Below are positions 15,346 through 20,693 of a stretch of 20,693 bases of DNA, piece after piece. The translations under genes and the position numbers were made by a program. Numbering within the stretch: position 1 is the first letter of the stretch; every line of letters begins with the position of its first letter. The stretch is from an uncultured virus (IMG/VR IMGVR_UViG_3300011223_000001) (lineage: Duplodnaviria > Heunggongvirae > Uroviricota > Caudoviricetes): the IMG/VR virus record IMGVR_UViG_3300011223_000001, positions 248,001-268,693 of that record, one strand, 5' to 3'. The notes below the pieces were generated by a model. The model was not told the origin of the DNA and searched no databases. It worked only from the letters and a program-made list of their open reading frames with translations.

Positions 15346-15419
15346 CCGCTAACTTTGCTGTGATTGCAGGGGGTGTGGCCTACGGCATCGTCGAGTTGTT
15401 CAAGCCATTTTTGGCTTAG
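15288..15419 (+). CDS. Small membrane peptide (43 aa)
   Basis: Strong AAGGAG SD before ATG 15288; RKRR followed by a hydrophobic segment; overlaps the previous ORF by 58 nt. Confidence 0.65.
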   Translation: MRNVPVEAIQSARKRRQFVAANFAVIAGGVAYGIVELFKPFLA

Positions 15420-15450
15420 CGAAAATAAACTACACTGTGTGTAATAGTAT

Positions 15451-15654
15451 AGGTCTACGATCTTACACTCAGCCGACCTCGCTCCTTAAAAACCCAGGCA
15501 ACAACCCCCAACGGACTTGCTTCCGTTACCAACCTCTTGCACCCCAGCCAGAGGCGGGAAACCCAATGTGAAACCCGTGCGGCAGTCAGTTCACAGAACA
15601 CGACGGCTCGCACTGGAACGATCAGCGGGCGGTACCGTACCGTAAGAAGTGTAG
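15451..15654 (+). ncRNA. Candidate ~200-nt non-coding RNA with its own terminator
   Basis: ORF-free interval between an AT-rich promoter-like segment and a hairpin terminator; the ends can pair and there are several internal stems. Confidence 0.45.
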
Positions 15655-15680
15655 CCCACCCTTCGGGGTGGGTTTATGCC
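15655..15680 (+). terminator. Hairpin CCCACCC-TTCG-GGGTGGG with TTTATGCC tail
   Basis: Perfect 7-bp stem with a UUCG loop. Confidence 0.8.
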
Positions 15681-15700
15681 CGCGCTATCTTTTTTAACAG

Positions 15701-15719
15701 CTATATCACAACCGTGAAT
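15701..15719 (+). promoter_or_regulatory. Putative early promoter CTATATCAC-aacc-GTGAAT
   Basis: Copy of the repeated motif after a terminator, preceded by a T-run. Confidence 0.7.
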
Positions 15720-15742
15720 TCCACAACGTACCGGTGGCTATT

Positions 15743-16132
15743 ATGCGTGTTCGTTGCACCACACTTCAGGAAATGAAGAACTACCGCTGTGAGGAACCGG
15801 GCTGTCTGTTTGCCCCATCCTACCAGTTGTTAGGCACTGACAGTAATGGCTTGCCCGCCACCAAGTATTTCTGCCAGGACCATTACAATGATTTCCTACA
15901 CACAGCGGTCCAGCAAAACACCAAGGAGTACTGCGAACTCTGCGGGAACGCCGACACGCAGTTCACCATGATTCCTAAGTTCGACGACCCTAATCCCGGT
16001 AAGGTCTACAAGGCCTGCCCTGGGTGCGTACAAGAACAGGAAGACCTCGCTCGTGAAGAGTTTGAGGAGCCCGACGACCACCCCGACGAGGACGACCGCG
16101 ACCTCGACGACACCAACTACGAGAACTTCTAA
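15743..16132 (+). CDS. Cys-rich putative zinc-binding protein with an acidic tail (129 aa)
   Basis: GGTGG SD before ATG 15743; CEEPGC, FCQDH, CELC and CPGC pairs; D/E-rich C-terminus. Confidence 0.8.
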   Translation: MRVRCTTLQEMKNYRCEEPGCLFAPSYQLLGTDSNGLPATKYFCQDHYNDFLHTAVQQNTKEYCELCGNADTQFTMIPKFDDPNPGKVYKACPGCVQEQEDLAREEFEEPDDHPDEDDRDLDDTNYENF

Positions 16133-16593
16133 TGAACACACGTACGCAAGAAACCGTTTACCGTGGCGAAGACGGTTTCACCAAAGGCATTGCTGCCTTT
16201 AATCGCCGTGATCCAGAAGCTGAGCGCGACCATGAGCTTATGTCGCTTTGGGCCGATCACACGATCGAAGAAACCGATACCCTTGTCTTCCATGCTGAGA
16301 AAGATGCCATGGGTCGGGTCTGGACTGCCACAATCGGTAGTCTTCGTGTCGAGCGCATACACCCCACCAACCAAGAAGACGACCTGGTCTTCTATGGTGC
16401 CGGTATTCCTGAAGGGATGCTGGTTTATTTCAATGCACGTGGGGATGACCCATTGTTGTCACTCCTGAACCTCTCGTGCGAGTTCAAAGAGGGTGATCGT
16501 TTCACCATGCATTGTAACCGTGACCTCAAACACCGGTCAGGGTGGACATTGGAAACTGACCAGTATCACCTTATAAAGAAACCCAAAGCCTAA
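16132..16593 (+). CDS. Hypothetical protein (153 aa)
   Basis: TAATG overlap with the upstream gene. Confidence 0.8.
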   Translation: MNTRTQETVYRGEDGFTKGIAAFNRRDPEAERDHELMSLWADHTIEETDTLVFHAEKDAMGRVWTATIGSLRVERIHPTNQEDDLVFYGAGIPEGMLVYFNARGDDPLLSLLNLSCEFKEGDRFTMHCNRDLKHRSGWTLETDQYHLIKKPKA

Positions 16594-16602
16594 GGAGCTG
16601 TA

Positions 16603-17121
16603 ATGGCGCTCTTCAATACCAAACCTACTTTCAATGCCTACTTCGGTCGAACGTTCGACTCCACCGACCCCGAGTACAACCTGTCGGCACTGGTGCATCC
16701 GAAACAAGGTCTGTCTTCCAAGGACTACATCCAGTTGGCCCACGACTATGTGCGCTTGGATGATCTGCGCGAAGGCGAAGTCCACACCGCCGTCGTGACC
16801 AAGGTCATGAACCGAAACGATCGCTGGCTGATCGTACCGACTGAAGACGGCGTCGTGGCGGTGCCTGAATCCGGCGACAGCGTATGGTGGGACGAAAACC
16901 TCACCCAGCGTGTGGCCAAGTATTTCCCGAACGATCATCGCGCAGAGCTCGAATTGTTGGTCAAGCTGGCTATCGTCACTAACGCCAAGCTCAGCAACCT
17001 GATCTACTATTTGGCAAAATGTGACGAATATCCTCGCTCGGTTTATATGGCCAACAGTGAGATGATTCATCGCATCGCCAAGCTGTTGACCGGTGAAAAC
17101 CTGATCAGCGAACTACGCTAA
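16603..17121 (+). CDS. Hypothetical protein (172 aa)
   Basis: TAAGGAG SD; coding-type codon bias; ends at a terminator. Confidence 0.85.
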   Translation: MALFNTKPTFNAYFGRTFDSTDPEYNLSALVHPKQGLSSKDYIQLAHDYVRLDDLREGEVHTAVVTKVMNRNDRWLIVPTEDGVVAVPESGDSVWWDENLTQRVAKYFPNDHRAELELLVKLAIVTNAKLSNLIYYLAKCDEYPRSVYMANSEMIHRIAKLLTGENLISELR

Positions 17122-17132
17122 GCGACACAAGA

Positions 17133-17171
17133 CCCCTCCCACTGCGGGAGGGGCTTTATGCTGTTTTCTTT
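17133..17171. terminator. Terminator between convergent genes, CCCCTCCC-ACTGC-GGGAGGGG with CTTTATGCTG tail
   Basis: 8-bp stem between the stop codons at 17121 (+) and 17172 (-). Confidence 0.75.
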
Positions 17172-18050
17172 TTACTTCACCGACGCGTCGATGTAAGCAA
17201 TCGCACCACGCAGCCAACCGTAGAAGGCATCGTAACCGACGCATTTACGCTTGCAGTAGTCGGCCTCGTAGCGACTGGTGAATTCGTAAACTTCGTTGAT
17301 CAGCTTGAATGCCAGCACGCGGTGGTCCGCATCGCTGTAAGTCGATGTCGAAACCAGCTTCGCACCATCGTTGGAGTAGAGGTACCAACGACCGTTGAGG
17401 GTAGTACCGTAGTGCCGTGTCCATTCATCGTGGAAACCATAGTGACCGAAGAATGCATCACACATGTACACGATCGATTGCACCAACCGCGTGCAAGCTT
17501 CTTTGGTCAGGGCTGGTACCGTCGCCCCTTCCTGCGAAACATCCAACGCCGGCGGCACCAGCGCAAACTTAGGCGCAGTGTAGGAAAGATCACGGGCTTC
17601 GACAAAAGCCCGCAGCTTCTCAGGATCACGGTAGTGGTAGCCGTTGACGAAATCGAACGTGGGTTTCACGCGCTCGTAGTAAGGCTTGGCGATGGCCTGG
17701 TTTTTCTTGTACGCCGCCAGCCAAGCATCGGCCAGCTTACGCATGTCGGCGTTGTAGTCCCCGGTAAAGCCTTTACCGAATTTGGACACCCGTACCTCAC
17801 CTTCCACGAAGCGGCGCTTGTCGAGCCACTGTGGATTGAGGTAGGTCTTTTCCAACAAGGCCTTGTTGATGGTAGGCTCACCGTCTTTGGTCGAGAGTTT
17901 CGGTGGACGACCGTGGCGCATGTTACGCCATACGTCACCTACCGATTGGAAGAACCCTTCTTCAGAGACCGTCAGGAAGTTTTCGATCGAGACGCGTTCG
18001 TCTCCGACCACCCCGACCGATTGGTCGAGGAATTTGTTGATGTCGTCCAT
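17172..18050 (-). CDS. Internal head/virion protein, phiKZ-like paralogue family (292 aa)
   Basis: Acidic propeptide ending VSEE|GFF (S-x-E prohead-protease-type site). LEKTYLNPQWLDKR and the C-terminal YIDASVK are shared with the neighbour. Confidence 0.75.
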   Translation of the reverse strand: MDDINKFLDQSVGVVGDERVSIENFLTVSEEGFFQSVGDVWRNMRHGRPPKLSTKDGEPTINKALLEKTYLNPQWLDKRRFVEGEVRVSKFGKGFTGDYNADMRKLADAWLAAYKKNQAIAKPYYERVKPTFDFVNGYHYRDPEKLRAFVEARDLSYTAPKFALVPPALDVSQEGATVPALTKEACTRLVQSIVYMCDAFFGHYGFHDEWTRHYGTTLNGRWYLYSNDGAKLVSTSTYSDADHRVLAFKLINEVYEFTSRYEADYCKRKCVGYDAFYGWLRGAIAYIDASVK

Positions 18051-19043
18051 TTATTTCACCGATGCATCAATGAGGCGGGCGTAAGCCCGGATGATCGAAT
18101 CGACATGTCGCAGGTGGAACTGCAACATACGGTTCGGGATTTGGTAGATCGGCTCGATCAGGTTCAGCATGCGTTCCTGGGCCTCGGTGTCGATGCCTTT
18201 GTTGCGGTGTGCTGGTTGTTTGGCCAGCTGGATGTAGTTATCCAGCTCTTTGGCAAAACCTTTAACCTGGCCGAAGCTTTTGAGGTTGTAGAAATCACCA
18301 CGCAGCTTGGCCAACACATCGAGGGCTTCGGAAACCTTCATGATGCCGTTGGCGCACGTCACGATCTCTTCAACACTCAGGGCCTCACGTTTGGTTTCTT
18401 TCAAACGATCGGTGTTGAACGGCTTGTCGCTATCGGCGATCAGCGTCAGGATGCGTTGGACATGGGTGTTACCGAACTGGGTGCGGTAATCCACCACCAA
18501 GCGAATCTGTGATGTCGCCAGCGCATTGCTGAAGTCTTCCACCTCGAAGATGTTCAGGGCATCAACGTCATAGGTGTTAAGCTTATGCAGCAGGCGCTTA
18601 AGCTCAAGGTCAACGTAACGCAGGTACTGTGAATACGCATCCGAAACCTTGTTGAGCTTCTCGAGGAAATCCTCGATAGGTGCGTCCAAGTCGCTGGTTT
18701 TGATCTGACCTGCGATGCCGATGGCTTGGTACGACGGATCAAGCTCGATCGTCATGCCGCTGCGCACGGTGCGCTTGCTGAGCCATTCAGGGTCGAGGTA
18801 GGTCTTTTGCAGGGTGGCGAAGATGACGGCGCGTTTCTTAAGCCAGCCACCCGACATGGCGCTTACACCGGGCTTACTTTCTTCGGTAACCCAGTCCCAG
18901 AACCGTTTGAGAATTTCACCAAATCCCTCTTGGGAAATGGTTTCAGCGTCCGTGCCAAACAGAGCATTGACGTGTGACTCCACCGGCACAACGGCGCTGG
19001 TGTCAGTCGAATTATTTTCATCAAGAAAACGTTGAATGTCCAC
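18051..19043 (-). CDS. Internal head/virion protein, phiKZ-like paralogue family (330 aa)
   Basis: Start reassigned to GTG 19043 (AAGGGG SD; MDIQRFLDE parallels MDDINKFLDQ). ISQE|GF site, LQKTYLDPEWLSKR and C-terminal LIDASVK. Confidence 0.75.
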   Translation of the reverse strand: MDIQRFLDENNSTDTSAVVPVESHVNALFGTDAETISQEGFGEILKRFWDWVTEESKPGVSAMSGGWLKKRAVIFATLQKTYLDPEWLSKRTVRSGMTIELDPSYQAIGIAGQIKTSDLDAPIEDFLEKLNKVSDAYSQYLRYVDLELKRLLHKLNTYDVDALNIFEVEDFSNALATSQIRLVVDYRTQFGNTHVQRILTLIADSDKPFNTDRLKETKREALSVEEIVTCANGIMKVSEALDVLAKLRGDFYNLKSFGQVKGFAKELDNYIQLAKQPAHRNKGIDTEAQERMLNLIEPIYQIPNRMLQFHLRHVDSIIRAYARLIDASVK

Positions 19044-19078
19044 AGAAGACCCCTTGGCCATGTGCGTAAATTGAATGC

Positions 19079-19086
19079 CACATATC
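19079..19086 (-). promoter_or_regulatory. Putative late promoter (GATATGTG on the - strand)
   Basis: Same octamer as 3871-3878; lies about 35 nt upstream of a structural gene in a divergent intergenic region. Confidence 0.5.
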
Positions 19087-19148
19087 GTTAGCCAAATTCT
19101 ACGCAACAGGCTAATGAAATATACAACTCTCTTAACGGCAATGGCCTT

Positions 19149-19424
19149 ATGCTCAGTCCTGAAGAATATCGAGAAAAGATGAACCGCAGCGACTTTGTGA
19201 TTCAGCAAGGTTACGTGGTTTGTAAGCTGTGCCGTGCGAATTGCGGTCAATGTGGCATTGGGGTACACCAAGCCCGTTGCCAGGAGTATTACGATGCACA
19301 ACCCAAAGACTTTGACGGTTTGGGTAAACAATGGACTGCCTGTACGCGCACCCGCTGGCAACGCGCTGTTATCGCTTTAGTGGTCACGATTGTTGTGGCG
19401 GCCTGTTTCTACCGCGTCCTCTAA
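19149..19424 (+). CDS. Small protein with CxxC-xxx-CxxC and a C-terminal TM helix (91 aa)
   Basis: CKLCRANCGQC; hydrophobic AVIALVVTIVVAACF. The SD is weak. Confidence 0.7.
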   Translation: MLSPEEYREKMNRSDFVIQQGYVVCKLCRANCGQCGIGVHQARCQEYYDAQPKDFDGLGKQWTACTRTRWQRAVIALVVTIVVAACFYRVL

Positions 19425-19438
19425 CCTCAGGAGTTACC

Positions 19439-19924
19439 ATGTTCACACTTCGCCGCTTTAACCCGAAAGACACTGAAGACCAAAAAGGCAGTATGGTCCA
19501 AGATGACAATGGCGTATGGGTTCGTTACAACGAAATCGCACCCACCCTTCATTATGCCATTGGTTGTCAGCTGCTCGAGAACCGTGTGCGTGCCTTTGGC
19601 AATGTCACGATCGAGGAGATCGTAGAGGCCTTTGAGAAGCAGCGCCTCGCTGAAATTGAAAGCAGTGCGCGGGTAGAGTTGACCAAGAGCAATGCACCCT
19701 ACCTGAATATCGACCAGTTGGGCCACGATCGGACCAACTCCTTCGAAATCTACTTAAGACCGACCGAGGACACGTTGCTGCTTAAGGCAAAAGACGACGT
19801 GATGTTCAGTGTCAAATTGGTGAACGTCGATGCCGATGCATTCATCGATGTCGAAGGTGGTACCATCGACATTGACAACAAATTACGCATTGTTCGTATG
19901 CGTAAACGATCCGAAAGTGCGTAA
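19439..19924 (+). CDS. Hypothetical protein (161 aa)
   Basis: AGGAG SD before ATG 19439; the track start 19331 overlaps the previous gene. Confidence 0.8.
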   Translation: MFTLRRFNPKDTEDQKGSMVQDDNGVWVRYNEIAPTLHYAIGCQLLENRVRAFGNVTIEEIVEAFEKQRLAEIESSARVELTKSNAPYLNIDQLGHDRTNSFEIYLRPTEDTLLLKAKDDVMFSVKLVNVDADAFIDVEGGTIDIDNKLRIVRMRKRSESA

Positions 19925-19932
19925 TGATATAT

Positions 19933-20031
19933 GCAGCTGTAGCCTTTAGGGACGTAGAGACTTATCTAATCTACGGTTGGTGTGCGTACCCGTCCGCCCA
20001 TACACCAACGGGACTTCAGTCCTACAGCTGC
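19933..20031 (+). ncRNA. Candidate ~100-nt multi-stem (cloverleaf-like) non-coding RNA
   Basis: Perfect 10-bp closing stem plus three internal hairpins; starts at the G of a TATG and is followed by a terminator. Confidence 0.6.
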
Positions 20032-20043
20032 GCCTAACCCATA

Positions 20044-20072
20044 GCCCGCTCCGTTGGAGCGGGTTTATGTCC
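20044..20072 (+). terminator. Hairpin GCCCGCTCC-GTT-GGAGCGGGT with TTATGTCC tail
   Basis: 9-bp stem followed by the conserved tail. Confidence 0.75.
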
Positions 20073-20081
20073 GGAGGTTTT

Positions 20082-20291
20082 ATGTTGGCAAGTCTAGAAG
20101 AACATCGTGCCGAAGCCGAAGACCCAAAATGGGAATACGAGAATGAATGGTTTGGTAACTGGCGCACCTATGTCGATGAAGAGATCCGTGCAATCTGGGA
20201 TACAATCCCCATCGAGGCGCGCCTTGTTATTGTGGGCTGTTGTAAGAAAGCAGCACTTGCTGAACATTACCGCTGCTGTACCTGTAGTTGA
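20082..20291 (+). CDS. Phage hypothetical protein (69 aa; NWRTYV..EI..IW motif)
   Basis: GGAGG SD before ATG 20082. Confidence 0.75.
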   Translation: MLASLEEHRAEAEDPKWEYENEWFGNWRTYVDEEIRAIWDTIPIEARLVIVGCCKKAALAEHYRCCTCS

Positions 20292-20309
20292 TTGCAATTA
20301 GTTTGAGAA

Positions 20310-20328
20310 CTATATAGTCTTGGTGAAT
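20310..20328 (+). promoter_or_regulatory. Putative early promoter variant CTATATAGT-cttg-GTGAAT
   Basis: Same spacing and GTGAAT box as the other three copies. Confidence 0.55.
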
Positions 20329-20365
20329 TAGGATCATGAAGATCCTAGCCACTAGGAGTATTATT

Positions 20366-20539
20366 ATGTTCTCTATCTTTAGTCGTGAATCTACTGCTCG
20401 TCGTGTCCTGCGTGACCGTCTAGCCTCTGCCAAGCGGGGACTGGAACGTGCTATGAAAATGCACGGCGTCAACTCGGATAAAGCCCGTGAGTTCGATCGT
20501 TTGGTCGATAAACTCGAAGCGGAACTTGCCAATGCGTAA
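20366..20539 (+). CDS. Small basic helical protein (57 aa)
   Basis: AGGAG SD before ATG 20366; monocistronic between a promoter motif and a terminator. Confidence 0.75.
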   Translation: MFSIFSRESTARRVLRDRLASAKRGLERAMKMHGVNSDKAREFDRLVDKLEAELANA

Positions 20540-20554
20540 CCATTACGGCACAAA

Positions 20555-20595
20555 GCCCCTCCCAAGCGGAGGGGCCTTATGTCGTTTTTTTCTTT
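20555..20595. terminator. Terminator between convergent genes, GCCCCTCC-CAAGC-GGAGGGGC with CTTATGTCG tail
   Basis: 8-bp stem; near-copy of 17133-17171. Confidence 0.75.
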
Positions 20596-20693
20596 TTACT
20601 TCACGGATTCGTCGATCAGTTTGACCAACGCCTGGATGTAGTTGTAGATCTCGTACGAACCGGTTTCCGTCTCGGTGTGCCAGTCGTACTCGA
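20596..20693 (-). CDS. 3' end of a third head-protein paralogue (partial; ...YNYIQALVKLIDESVK*)
   Basis: Manual translation of the - strand; the C-terminus matches the IDASVK ends of 17172-18050 and 18051-19043. Confidence 0.75.
   Translation of the reverse strand, partial: EYDWHTETETGSYEIYNYIQALVKLIDESVK

Noticed and set aside
15537..15776. 79-aa ORF across the candidate ncRNA
   Set aside because: TTG start without an SD; runs through a terminator and a promoter motif into the next gene.
17322..18512. 396-aa + strand ORF
   Set aside because: Antisense shadow of two in-frame, codon-biased - strand genes; no SD and no protein-like motifs.
19044..19361. N-terminal extension of the 436-aa - strand ORF
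   Set aside because: It overlaps the + strand gene 19149-19424; the SD, paralogue alignment and promoter motif all point to GTG 19043.
19933..20035. Canonical tRNA, tRNA-Sec or hammerhead ribozyme call
   Set aside because: No standard T-loop, D-arm/anticodon geometry or CCA, and no CUGANGA/GAAA hammerhead core on either strand. Kept only as an unclassified ncRNA candidate.
19946..20167. ORFs crossing the 19933-20031 structure (- strand 73 aa; + strand extension from 19977)
   Set aside because: Both cross a terminator, and the real + strand gene has a GGAGG SD before ATG 20082.
1..20693. CRISPR array, transposase, integrase, intron or intein
   Set aside because: No regularly spaced repeats or recognisable mobile-element motifs were seen, and the ligase is uninterrupted.

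Overview
This window is a densely coded segment of a large lytic phage genome, most consistent with a phiKZ-like (Chimalliviridae-type) jumbo phage. A gammaproteobacterial host such as Pseudomonas is inferred but not shown. Most genes are short + strand accessory genes. Recognisable products are an R2K/DUF4343-type ATP-grasp protein, three paralogues of a small P-loop-like family, a tail-fibre-like virion protein, two HslV/proteasome-beta-like Ntn peptidases, a degenerate GIY-YIG protein, an ADP-ribosyltransferase-fold protein and an NAD+-dependent DNA ligase. On the - strand are three paralogous internal-head-like proteins that end in ID[AE]SVK; the two complete ones have S-x-E maturation sites. 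The most interesting signals are in the intergenic DNA. (i) A repeated early-type promoter motif CTATATCAC-N4-GTGAAT occurs four times. (ii) About ten GC hairpins are followed by a TATG(Y)-type tail instead of a U-tract. (iii) At least four genes have the ribosome-binding site locked in a hairpin whose 5' arm lies at or upstream of a TATG late-promoter motif, suggesting promoter-unlocked translation. (iv) Three ORF-free, strongly base-paired stretches (about 11286-11489, 15451-15654 and 19933-20031) look like phage non-coding RNAs. All annotations are by-eye motif recognition; no searches or folding programs were run.
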